Shown one piece after another: positions 1-8,676 of a DNA stretch of 64,000 nucleotides (position 1 is its first letter; every line of letters begins with the position of its first letter). A model generated the notes under the pieces. That model was not told where the DNA came from, did no database searches, and worked only from the letters and a program-made list of their open reading frames with translations. Both the position numbers and the translations under genes were made by a program. Origin of the DNA: Bacteroidota bacterium (GTDB taxonomy: Bacteria; Bacteroidota; Bacteroidia; Palsa-965); the NCBI GenBank assembly GCA_046335555.1, contig JBKDHA010000126.1, forward strand, positions 9,832 through 73,831, in the 5' to 3' direction.

Positions 1-1
1 A

Positions 2-847
2 GATTCGGCAACTTATCTGAAAAAAATGCTGGGCGTTTTGAAACAAGAAGGTAACCGTATCGACATTACGCTTGGCGATAAAAAGAATTACATCTGGTAT
101 ATGGAATCGCCGCAACTCAAGCAACTGCGCTACTTTCCGTATATCCAGTTTACAGTCATCGGTATTTTTCTGCTCACTGCATATTTCCTCTTCAGCACAT
201 CACGCCGGGCCGAACAAAATCATGTTTGGGTTGGTATGGCCAAAGAAACAGCGCATCAGCTCGGAACGCCGCTTTCATCGCTCATTGCATGGCTTGAGTA
301 TATGAATATGAAAGGCATTGATCCCGAAATCACAATCGAAATCGGACGCGATGTAAAACGTTTGGAGATGATTACCGAACGCTTTTCAAAGATCGGATCG
401 CAACCCAAACTCAAAGCCGAAAACCTTTCCGAAGCACTTGCCGGAGCGGTCGATTATATTCGTGCCCGCTCACCAAAATCTGTTGAATATACTGTAGATA
501 CGGGCAACGATGTTCTTGTTCCGCTCAACATTCCGTTGTTTGCCTGGGTTATCGAAAACCTTTGCCGTAATGCTGTTGATGCAATGGACGGTCGCGGAAG
601 CATTACAGTAAGTGTGCAGGAAGTGCCGGAAAAAGTAATAATTGATATTACTGATTCCGGTAAAGGAATTCCGCGCTCAAAACATAAAACTGTTTTTGAA
701 CCGGGATTTACAACCAAACAGCGCGGCTGGGGACTCGGCCTTTCGCTTTGCAAGCGGATAATTGAAAATTATCACAACGGAAGCATTTTCGTTAAGCGCT
801 CCGAGCCGGGCAAAGGAACTACATTCCGCATTGAACTGAAGCAATAA
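2..847 (+). CDS. Sensor histidine kinase, 5' end truncated by window
   Basis: H-box ETAHQLGTPLSSL, N-box IENLCRNAVDAM, G-boxes DSGKGI and GWGLGLSL; frame is open from base 2. Confidence 0.93.
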   Translation, partial: DSATYLKKMLGVLKQEGNRIDITLGDKKNYIWYMESPQLKQLRYFPYIQFTVIGIFLLTAYFLFSTSRRAEQNHVWVGMAKETAHQLGTPLSSLIAWLEYMNMKGIDPEITIEIGRDVKRLEMITERFSKIGSQPKLKAENLSEALAGAVDYIRARSPKSVEYTVDTGNDVLVPLNIPLFAWVIENLCRNAVDAMDGRGSITVSVQEVPEKVIIDITDSGKGIPRSKHKTVFEPGFTTKQRGWGLGLSLCKRIIENYHNGSIFVKRSEPGKGTTFRIELKQ

Positions 848-920
848 AGCAGCGAAGCTGCGGAAAGTATATATCGCCAAAGGCGATTGATACTTTCTGT
901 AAAAGCTTGAAAAAAGTTTG

Positions 921-1180
921 CAACTTTTTTCAAGTAGCCTGTCGAATTCAGTTACAAACTGAATTCAAAGAAAAACATCCGGTTACAAACCGGATGCATC
1001 GTACAGTTACAACTTTTTTCAAGCAGCCTGTCGAATTCAGTTACAAACTGAGTTCAAAGAAAACATCCGGTTGCAAACCGGATGCATCTTACAGTTACAA
1101 CTTTTTTCAAGCAGCCTGCCGAATTCAGTTACAAACTGAATTCAAAGAAAACATCCGGTTACAAACCGGATGCATCTTAC
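921..1180. repeat. Three tandem 88-89 bp repeats, each containing two hairpins (REP/BIME-like)
   Basis: Units start at 921, 1010 and 1098; each carries GAATTCAGTT-ACA-AACTGAATTC (one mismatch in unit 2) and CATCCGGTT-ACA-AACCGGATG (GCA loop in unit 2); lies between convergent genes. Confidence 0.92.
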
Positions 1181-1216
1181 ATTCCATCTTACAATGCATC
1201 TTACAATACATCCTAC
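1173..1216. repeat. 12-bp tandem repeat CATCTTACA(A/T)TN, 3.7 copies
   Basis: CATCTTACATTC, CATCTTACAATG, CATCTTACAATA, CATCCTAC; the last copy overlaps the dnaG stop codon. Confidence 0.85.
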
Positions 1217-3207
1217 TTCAAAACAATGCGGCCAAGCAGCGAGGAAAAATGTCGTTTGGCATTGAGCAGCTGAAGCTGTTGCTGCATAATCACCATCTGC
1301 TGATCGCTGTCGGCTGTTTCGCGAAGTTGCTTTTGGTTTTCGGCAATCATCTGTTCGAGGCGGCGAAGTTTTAGCACGTTTACACTGTGCACAGCAGCCT
1401 GCCTCAACAACTGACTTTCAGTTTGCACATAAATAAAATGCCGCTCCCAGTCTGAAAGCTGATACGGTATCTGCACAAGATCAACCGCAAGCTGAGAAAC
1501 TTGCTGATCGGGATAATTTACAAAGTAATTGAGATCGGGTACATTCCCGTTGTTGATATGCGTTGTGTACTCGGTCAGAATTTGCTGATAAACCGGATTT
1601 GTAAAAACGATATTATCGGATTCAAGTTCGTGCAGCATCAATTCGGCAAGCGGTACGATTACTTCTATTTCTGTCCCGAACTCATCTTCTGTTTTGGCTG
1701 TAACCGATTCCTGCGCGTAGTTAAGCAGTAAGCGTACTAACTCACGTTCAAAAACTTCGCCGGTTTCAATTTTTGCATGATCGCCTTCACGCGCAGGCTG
1801 ATCGGGCACAAACTCTCCCGTTTCAGGATGCACATCGGGCGGAAGATCGGGAAGCGGTGCATCTTTAATTTTCTGCTCTTCGCTTTTCTTCTCGTAAAGT
1901 TTGCGCCGAAGTTTATTAAGCTCTGTAAGCAGCGTTTGCTCTTCGATATCGAGAATACGGCTGCATTCTTTTACATACACACTCCGCGTAATTGCATCAG
2001 GAATGAGTGCAATACTGTCAACAATTTCGTGAATCAGTCCGGCGCGTTTTATCGGATCATTACCAACATCTGATTTCAGCAATTCTGTTTTAAACTGAAT
2101 AAAATCTTTGGTGTTTGTCCCAATAAAATCGCGAAGCGCTTCTGAAGTAACTTTTTTGGAATAAGAATCGGGATCATCATTATCAGGAAAAAGCAAAACG
2201 CGCACGTTCATACTTTCTTCGAGAATGAGATTGATGCCGCGAAAACTTGCTTTTATACCTGCCGGATCACCATCATACAAAATTGTAATGTTCGTAGTGT
2301 AGCGGCGGATAAGGCGAATCTGTTCTACGGTTAATGAAGTTCCCGACGAAGCCACAACGTTTTCGATTCCGGCCTGATGCATCGAAATAACATCGGTGTA
2401 GCCTTCAACGAGGTAGCATACATCTTCCTGCATAATCGCTTTTTTTGCGAAAAACAGGCCGTAGAGTACATTGCTCTTGTGGTAAATTTCTGTCTCCGGC
2501 GAGTTGATGTACTTCGCCAGTTTCTTATCGGTTTTAAGTGTGCGCCCGCCGAAAGCTATTACACGACCGCTTGCATTATGAACCGGAAAAAGTACACGCC
2601 CTTTAAAACGATCAAAGTACTTTGATGTGTCTTCCTGATTCTGAATGGTAAGTCCTGCTTTTACAAGATAATCGAGCTTGTAGCCTGCGGCAATTGCTGC
2701 ATCTGTAAGATCGCGCCAGGTATCGGGACTATAGCCAAGTTGAAATTTTTCGATGATGTCTTTTCTGAAACCGCGCTCTGTAAAGTAGCTCAGACCGATT
2801 GCCTTACCTTCTTCGGTTTCGTGAAGATTTTTGGTGTAATGTTTTTGAGCGAAATTGCTGACGATAAACAAGCTTTCGCGCTCGTTTTCTTTGGCGGCTT
2901 GTTCGGGGCTTCGCTCCTGCTCTTCAATTTCGATATTGTACTTTTTCGCTAACCAGCGCAACGCTTCGGGATACGAAAGTTGTTCGTGATCCATAACGAA
3001 ATTGACCGGATTACCGCCTTTTCCGCAACCAAAACACTTGTAAATACCGCGAGCCGGCGATACGTTGAACGATGGCGATTTCTCGTTATGAAACGGGCAA
3101 AGCCCTATCATATTTGCACCGCGCTTTTTAAGCGACACAAACTCACCCACAACTTCGTCGATGCGGGCAGTTTCGAGAATACGGTCAACGGTTTCCTTCG
3201 GAATCAT
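1213..3207 (-). CDS. dnaG: DNA primase
   Basis: Zn-binding CPFHNEKSPSF...CFGC, KYINSPET, TOPRIM VEGYTDV and YDGDPAG; start reassigned to MIPKETVDRIL. Confidence 0.98.
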   Translation of the reverse strand: MIPKETVDRILETARIDEVVGEFVSLKKRGANMIGLCPFHNEKSPSFNVSPARGIYKCFGCGKGGNPVNFVMDHEQLSYPEALRWLAKKYNIEIEEQERSPEQAAKENERESLFIVSNFAQKHYTKNLHETEEGKAIGLSYFTERGFRKDIIEKFQLGYSPDTWRDLTDAAIAAGYKLDYLVKAGLTIQNQEDTSKYFDRFKGRVLFPVHNASGRVIAFGGRTLKTDKKLAKYINSPETEIYHKSNVLYGLFFAKKAIMQEDVCYLVEGYTDVISMHQAGIENVVASSGTSLTVEQIRLIRRYTTNITILYDGDPAGIKASFRGINLILEESMNVRVLLFPDNDDPDSYSKKVTSEALRDFIGTNTKDFIQFKTELLKSDVGNDPIKRAGLIHEIVDSIALIPDAITRSVYVKECSRILDIEEQTLLTELNKLRRKLYEKKSEEQKIKDAPLPDLPPDVHPETGEFVPDQPAREGDHAKIETGEVFERELVRLLLNYAQESVTAKTEDEFGTEIEVIVPLAELMLHELESDNIVFTNPVYQQILTEYTTHINNGNVPDLNYFVNYPDQQVSQLAVDLVQIPYQLSDWERHFIYVQTESQLLRQAAVHSVNVLKLRRLEQMIAENQKQLRETADSDQQMVIMQQQLQLLNAKRHFSSLLGRIVLK

Positions 3208-3249
3208 AGCGGCGAATTGCGAAGGTACAAAATGCCGGGCAGGCAATAC

Positions 3250-3480
3250 TCAGCGAATGAGATTCACAATGCCGCGGTGATCGAAAATAATGCCGGCTTT
3301 ATCGGTAATGCTCGACAAATAAACTTACGTATCTATCTGACATTTCACCCCGGAATTCTGCATTGTGCCGTCCCAGCCGGTATTCAGATCATTTTTGGCA
3401 ACAATAAGTCTTACGCAGTAGGGTTCTGAATCGGAATACGTAAACTGCGGATTTTGATCGGTTGAAGTGACTGCGCTGTT
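3250..3480 (-). pseudogene. Relic of a T9SS type-B CTD protein (PKD fragment fused to the second half of a gliding-motility-associated CTD)
   Basis: Translates NSAVTSTDQNPQFTYSDSEPYCVRLIVAKNDLNTGWDGTMQNSGVKCQIDT*VYLSSITDKAGIIFDHRGIVNLIR*; in-frame TAA at 3325-3327; no start codon. Confidence 0.75.
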
Positions 3481-3511
3481 ATGCCTCAGCAAGTTTGAAT
3501 GCAAACAGGTC

Positions 3512-3976
3512 TTATTGGCTTTTCTGTGAAAGTTCGTAAGCTGCTGCTTCGCGGCGCAGCCAGTTTCGGGCAGCCTCAGGAGTAGTAAAAAAGCGTGTGA
3601 TTACTGCGGGACGGTTAATGCGCAGGTAAAAATTGCCAAGAATTTTCATAGTGGCCAGCGGACTCACCAGAGCAATTGCAAAAACGTTTTCGTTGTATTC
3701 GGCTGTGGCGCAGAGTTCACGCATTGGCGGTGTTGTGGTAATTTCGCTTGTGCCGACAACCAGCATACCAGCTTTTCGTTTACCGCAGAGTCTGGATGCT
3801 GCCTCACGGTTTTCTATAGCTTGCGGCACATCAATATGTGCTCCGGGAAATGGCTGAAGCAGAATAATATTTTCAGCTTCATTGTATCGCAGAATACTAG
3901 TTACAGTTATTTGCTCTTTCAGCTGCACAACATTCCATGCGCCGAAGGGCAGCGGCGGATTTGCAACTAAACTCAT
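3512..3976 (-). CDS. Small STAS/SEC14 (SpoIIAA-like) protein, paralog 1
   Basis: Shares MKILGNFYxRxxRP and RFF...A..WL motifs with the two adjacent ORFs; start uncertain. Confidence 0.7.
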   Translation of the reverse strand: MSLVANPPLPFGAWNVVQLKEQITVTSILRYNEAENIILLQPFPGAHIDVPQAIENREAASRLCGKRKAGMLVVGTSEITTTPPMRELCATAEYNENVFAIALVSPLATMKILGNFYLRINRPAVITRFFTTPEAARNWLRREAAAYELSQKSQ

Positions 3977-4404
3977 TACGCGGTGTAATTAAAAACTAAA
4001 CTGTCTTTGGCAATTTCACTTTTCAGCCATTCAACAGCAATATCATGTTGACTAAAAAAACGTGTGGGAACTGCGGGGCGATTAATGCGCATATAAAAAT
4101 TACCAAGGATTTTCATGGTAATACTGGGACTTACTAAAGCAACGGCAATAAAATGCGAATTGTATTGCTGACTTGCCGAAACCTGACGCATTTCGGGAGT
4201 TGTAACAATATCTGAGTCTGATTCGAAAATCAAACCACAGCGATTCCACTCAGCAAGTTCAAGTGCAGCGGTTCGATTGTCAATAGCATTTGGGGCATCA
4301 AATGTTGCACCGGGGTGGGCAGTCATCTGTACAATTCGTGTTACAGGATCATACGAGATGAGTGCCGTATCGGTTTTTACTGCTTCTCCTGAACTGTAAT
4401 TCAT
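3976..4404 (-). CDS. Small STAS/SEC14 (SpoIIAA-like) protein, paralog 2
   Basis: MKILGNFYMRINRPAVPTRFFSQHDIAVEWL; TATCTTTG -7 element at 4430-4437. Confidence 0.75.
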   Translation of the reverse strand: MNYSSGEAVKTDTALISYDPVTRIVQMTAHPGATFDAPNAIDNRTAALELAEWNRCGLIFESDSDIVTTPEMRQVSASQQYNSHFIAVALVSPSITMKILGNFYMRINRPAVPTRFFSQHDIAVEWLKSEIAKDSLVFNYTA

Positions 4405-4566
4405 ATACTTTATTTAGGGGCTTCAATGGCAAAGATAAAGCCATATTTTGGGCTCTTCGCAAACTATTTTTCTGTCTGCTTTTTTGAGTAATTGATCTTA
4501 TAAATACCAAAGTTTTGTCGAAATAAAATCAATGAAATTGTTCGGGAATTTAAATTCGCCGTATCA

Positions 4567-4967
4567 TCAAATACCAACCGGCTCCAGAGCAAAAGTCTTC
4601 AGCCACTCAACAGCATTATCCTTATTCCCAAAAATCGTGTTGGAACAACCGGACGGCTCAATCGTAAATAGAAATTGCCAAGAATTTTCATAGCTGAGTT
4701 CGTACTCAGCAAAGCAACAGCATAAAGATTGTCGTTGTATTCGGCGCTGGCACAGAGTGTGCGCATTGCGGGAGTTGTTACTATGTCTCCGTCGCTGGTG
4801 AAAAGAAGTGTAAACTTCTTCCCGTCGCCCACAAGATGAAGTGACGCTTCTTTGTTTTCAATGGCCTGCTGAATATCAAACACTGAACCTGCCCTCGCCT
4901 GCACATGAACTATGCGTGCAGCAGGGTCGAAACAAATACGTGAAGTTGATGTTTGTATTTCCAGCAC
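4567..4967 (-). pseudogene. STAS/SEC14-like paralog 3, frameshifted near the 3' end (real or sequencing error)
   Basis: Adding one T to the T5 run (4630-4634) restores RFFGNKDNAVEWLKTFALEPVGI*, matching the paralog C-termini. Confidence 0.75.
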
Positions 4968-5013
4968 TATCTTTCAGCAGATAAAATTTGACTAAACTAT
5001 GTCAAAAGATTCA

Positions 5014-5502
5014 TTACTTTTTTTCTGTCGTCTCAGGAGTTTCTCCGCCGTAATTTACTTCTTTGCTGACACCATTAAGATTGTAAATCCATTTTCCTAC
5101 GTGTTGCCCGTCTTTATAATACCCTTCTGAAGTCTTGTTCCCGGCTTCATCATAGCTTACTGCATAACCTTGACGGACACCATTAATATATTCACCCTGG
5201 CTGTATAGCTTGCCGTTTCGGTGAAAAACACGCCATGTTCCCTGAGCCTGTCCGCCCTGAATAAAACCGCGTTTGTAAATAACGCCATTATCATAGCGTT
5301 CAATAAAATCGCCGTTAAAAATAGAATCTGAAACATTTTTGGGAACGGGTGCCGTTACTTTGGACACACTGAGTCCGCGTCTTGCCGTATCATTTCCGGC
5401 CACAACCGAATCATTATTTGCGCCAACAGCACCGGGTTTATCAGAACAGGCGGCAGCAAGCAGCAGCAGTGATGTGGCGGCAAAAAGTACAATTTGTTTC
5501 AT
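5014..5502 (-). CDS. Lipoprotein with MORN-variant (YwqK-like) repeats
   Basis: Signal/lipobox MKQIVLFAATSLLLLAAAC; repeats QGTWRVFHRNGKLYSQGEY and EGYYKDGQHVGKWIY. Confidence 0.8.
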   Translation of the reverse strand: MKQIVLFAATSLLLLAAACSDKPGAVGANNDSVVAGNDTARRGLSVSKVTAPVPKNVSDSIFNGDFIERYDNGVIYKRGFIQGGQAQGTWRVFHRNGKLYSQGEYINGVRQGYAVSYDEAGNKTSEGYYKDGQHVGKWIYNLNGVSKEVNYGGETPETTEKK

Positions 5503-5603
5503 AGCAATTGGAATATGCAGCAAAAATAATGAAACGCCGCCGAACGAAAATCGGGTTTGTGTGTGTGGCGGCATTGTCTTGGCAAGTGGAAAGTGAGCCC
5601 GCC

Positions 5604-6587
5604 TTATTTTTTGCGCTCTGTAGTAAAAATGAGCAAGTCGTGAATAGATTTTCGCGCAGGGCTTTCGGGAAATTCATTTAAGATGCTGAGTGCTTTGCTG
5701 CGATACTCATACATTTTCTCTGCTGCGTACTTAATGCCGCCGCTGGCGTGAACGAAAGCAACCACCTCCTCCACTTTCTGCGGATCTTCGTTGTGGTTTT
5801 TTATAATGTTGATGATGCGGCGGCGGTCTGAAGCTGATGCTTTGCTGAGTGCATAAATCAGCGGCAGGGTCATTTTTTTCTCTTTAATGTCGATACCGGT
5901 TGGTTTTCCGATTTGCCCTTGTTCTGCAGGATTTCCGTAGTCGAAGAGATCATCTTTAATCTGGAAGGCAATACCGGTAAGTTCTCCGAACGTGCGCATT
6001 TTCTCCTGTACGGTTTCATCGTCGGTAACGCTTGCGGCTCCGCAGGCGCAGCATGAAGCAATAAGTGATGCTGTTTTTTGCCGGATGATATCGAAGTAAA
6101 CCGGTTCGGCAATATCAAGGCGGCGAGCTTTCTCAATTTGCAGCAGTTCGCCTTCACTCATTTCGCGCACGGCATTTGAAACAATATGCAGCAGCCGGAA
6201 ATCATTATGGTCGATAGAAAGCAGCAAGCCGCGCGAAAGCAGGTAATCGCCTACGAGCACGGCAATTTTGTTTTTCCAGAGTGCATTCACTGAGAAAAAA
6301 CCACGGCGCATATTCGAATCATCCACTACATCATCATGCACGAGTGTGGCGGTATGCAGCAATTCGATAAGAGCAGCAGCGCGGTATGTCGAATCGTTCA
6401 TTTCGCCGCAAAGCTTTGCGGTAAGAAAAACAAACATCGGGCGTATTTGCTTGCCCTTGCGCTTTACAATGTACTGAGTGATTTTATCGAGCAGCGGAAC
6501 CGAACTCTTCATCGACTGGCGAAACTTCTGCTCGAAAATTTCCATTTCGGCAGCCACCGGGGCTTTGATGTCGCTGATGTTTGGCAT
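5604..6587 (-). CDS. ispB: Polyprenyl (octaprenyl-type) diphosphate synthase
   Basis: GKQIRP, first aspartate-rich motif LVHDDVVD, second motif FQIKDDLFD, KTASL. Confidence 0.93.
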   Translation of the reverse strand: MPNISDIKAPVAAEMEIFEQKFRQSMKSSVPLLDKITQYIVKRKGKQIRPMFVFLTAKLCGEMNDSTYRAAALIELLHTATLVHDDVVDDSNMRRGFFSVNALWKNKIAVLVGDYLLSRGLLLSIDHNDFRLLHIVSNAVREMSEGELLQIEKARRLDIAEPVYFDIIRQKTASLIASCCACGAASVTDDETVQEKMRTFGELTGIAFQIKDDLFDYGNPAEQGQIGKPTGIDIKEKKMTLPLIYALSKASASDRRRIINIIKNHNEDPQKVEEVVAFVHASGGIKYAAEKMYEYRSKALSILNEFPESPARKSIHDLLIFTTERKK

Positions 6588-6648
6588 AAACGAAAGCAAA
6601 GGTAAGCATTGTTTGGTTGCACCCCCCGCCCGATTTCACTGAGGATAC

Positions 6649-7542
6649 TTACCCAAATTGAGCGACCAGACGATCATACAACTCTTTGGGGATTAATACT
6701 TCCTTCACCTCTTCAATTTCATTCTCCTTTTCTTTCCCTTTATCGTCGTATGTAATGGTAATGTGCTTTACCGTAAGATATACTTCCTGCTGCTGATCAT
6801 CGCTGTACAGCACAAGTTTACGGAAAGGATTTTCTGTGCTTGATGTTGCATTAATGAGAGTTCCGAAATTCCCGTTTTCTATCTCATTCCGCAATTCATC
6901 AGCCGAATTTGTAATTGCCATATTCCTGCTCATGCTTCGTTCTTCAAGCCATTGATTCAGTTTTTCTGAAAACGGATTATCAGCTTGTTTCCAGGGAAAA
7001 AAAACGGGAACAAACAAAATACACAATGCCTCTATTATCCAAAAGATAGTGAGCAATATTCCCGAAACAGTGCCGCTTCCGATGCCCCAGGTTCCCTGCT
7101 CATTAATAATACCGATAAAGGAAACTACCTCGGCAGGATGCTTCAGAAAAAACAGGAATGAATCCATACTGAAACCTGTTTCAGCAAAGCCCATTTCATG
7201 GCTTCCAGAACCAATGCTGTGTACTTCTCCTGAATTGGCAACCATTACGCAATGCACGAGCCATTGTGCAATAAAAAACACAGCGCCTCCGGCAAAGCCA
7301 ATAGCGCCGGCCATCATTTTGCTTCTGATTTTTCCGGTTTTAACACCAATTCTGGCAATCAGCCAACTCAGCGCAAACGGAATACCAATGGTGAGTAAAA
7401 TATTGAGATAAATAATTGGAATGTACCAGATGCCGTAGCAGTAGGCAAATGCACAGATAACTGCAAAAACTACAGAAACAGTGAGCGCAAGCAGAATGCC
7501 GGTTACAGGCGCTTTGCCTGAGGGTGTGTAATAAATAGCCAT
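6649..7542 (-). CDS. Hypothetical multi-pass membrane protein
   Basis: About 4 hydrophobic segments followed by a soluble C-terminal domain; start set at MAIYYTPSGK. Confidence 0.75.
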   Translation of the reverse strand: MAIYYTPSGKAPVTGILLALTVSVVFAVICAFAYCYGIWYIPIIYLNILLTIGIPFALSWLIARIGVKTGKIRSKMMAGAIGFAGGAVFFIAQWLVHCVMVANSGEVHSIGSGSHEMGFAETGFSMDSFLFFLKHPAEVVSFIGIINEQGTWGIGSGTVSGILLTIFWIIEALCILFVPVFFPWKQADNPFSEKLNQWLEERSMSRNMAITNSADELRNEIENGNFGTLINATSSTENPFRKLVLYSDDQQQEVYLTVKHITITYDDKGKEKENEIEEVKEVLIPKELYDRLVAQFG

Positions 7543-7610
7543 TGAATGGGGTTGTAGAGTTTGTACACTGCAAGAAAATAAATCTTTGCAAATAGTGCAA
7601 ATCATTCAAC

Positions 7611-7650
7611 AAAAAAACGCCCTGCCAGATAGACTGACAAGGCGCTTTTT
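7611..7650 (-). terminator. Intrinsic terminator after the PAS-LuxR gene
   Basis: GCGCCTTGTCAG-TCTAT-CTGGCAGGGCGT followed by a T run; T runs on both sides. Confidence 0.8.
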
Positions 7651-7667
7651 GTAATAACCGGGGTTGG

Positions 7668-8480
7668 TTAATCGATCAGACGTTGTTCAACCGCGAAGCG
7701 GATGAGTCCGGCTGTATTTTTCACATTAATTTTCCGCAGCAGGTTACGGCGATGTGTTTCAACCGTTGGAATGCTGATGTGTAGTGAATCGGCAATTTGC
7801 TTTGTGCTGTATTGCTGGGCAATGAGTTGCAGGACTTCAAGCTCGCGGCGTGTAATGCTTCTTACACGGGCATCATCTTCGGGAGTGCTCATGTTGCGCA
7901 GCAGGGCTTTCAGCTCGTTTTCGGTTTCTGTTTGCTGCGTAATGTCGAGTGCAACACAGAGCAAAAGCTTGGGAGCTCCGTTTTCGTGACGCTCAAACAC
8001 GCTGAACCGCGAATTAAAGCGCATTGACTCGCCAAAGCGTGTATTCATGCGGCAAATGTGCTGATAAACGGAATGACTATCGTTGCTGAGTACCGCTGCA
8101 ATTTCAGACATTTTGTCGTGATCCTCGGCTGCAAGGAGCTGACTGAGGAACGAGCTTCCGCTTCGGGTTGCATCTTCTACAGTCCAGCCCATAAGCTGTT
8201 CCAACTGCGGATTGGCCCAACTCAGCGTTCTGTTGGCAGGGTCAATCATCATTACAAGTGCCGGAATGTGTTTCAAAATTTGCTCCAGCAAACGCTGACT
8301 GTCGCGCAATTCGTGCGACAGGTTTTCGAGGGCATCCGAAGCAGCCTTCAGTTCTCCCAGTACTCCGCTTGCACCAGCGAGGCGAGATGTAAGCACGTCG
8401 AATTCAGCTTGATTTTTCATGGCTCTTTTTTGTGCTGCACGGCTCCCGGGGGAGAGCTTTACAGCGGGTTCAGGTTTCAA
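7668..8480 (-). CDS. PAS-domain LuxR-family transcriptional regulator
   Basis: PAS-like core (IPALVMMIDP...WANPQLEQLMGW) and LuxR HTH ITRRELEVLQLIAQQYSTKQIADSLHISIPTVETHRRNLLRK; no receiver domain; start may be 8420. Confidence 0.9.
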   Translation of the reverse strand: MKPEPAVKLSPGSRAAQKRAMKNQAEFDVLTSRLAGASGVLGELKAASDALENLSHELRDSQRLLEQILKHIPALVMMIDPANRTLSWANPQLEQLMGWTVEDATRSGSSFLSQLLAAEDHDKMSEIAAVLSNDSHSVYQHICRMNTRFGESMRFNSRFSVFERHENGAPKLLLCVALDITQQTETENELKALLRNMSTPEDDARVRSITRRELEVLQLIAQQYSTKQIADSLHISIPTVETHRRNLLRKINVKNTAGLIRFAVEQRLID

Positions 8481-8612
8481 TTGTTTTCCGCGACTGGGTT
8501 ACACGTAGTTTGAGATTGCAAGGTGCAATTTATGGCAGAAAACGATGATTTTCTACACATTGTTACAGATTATAGACCAGCAGTCGAAATTAACTGTTGA
8601 AACCTGCTTTGT

Positions 8613-8676
8613 TAACGATCTAACTGATAACGCTTACAAACAGCTAACGATCTAACTAATAACGCTAACAAACAGC
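8613..8676. repeat. 32-bp tandem duplication of the hom 3' end
   Basis: TAACGATCTAACTGATAACGCTTACAAACAGC / TAACGATCTAACTAATAACGCTAACAAACAGC, 2 mismatches. Confidence 0.85.

Noticed and set aside
921-1180. 88-bp repeats as a CRISPR array or integron attC array
   Set aside because: Units are near-identical end to end with no unique spacers or cassettes; no cas or integrase gene in the window; GTTACAA does not fit GTTRRRY
907-1374. 155-aa and 63-aa plus-strand ORFs
   Set aside because: They merely translate the tandem repeats and run antisense into dnaG
2980-3429. 149-aa plus-strand ORF
   Set aside because: Antisense shadow of dnaG and of the T9SS relic; no recognisable motifs
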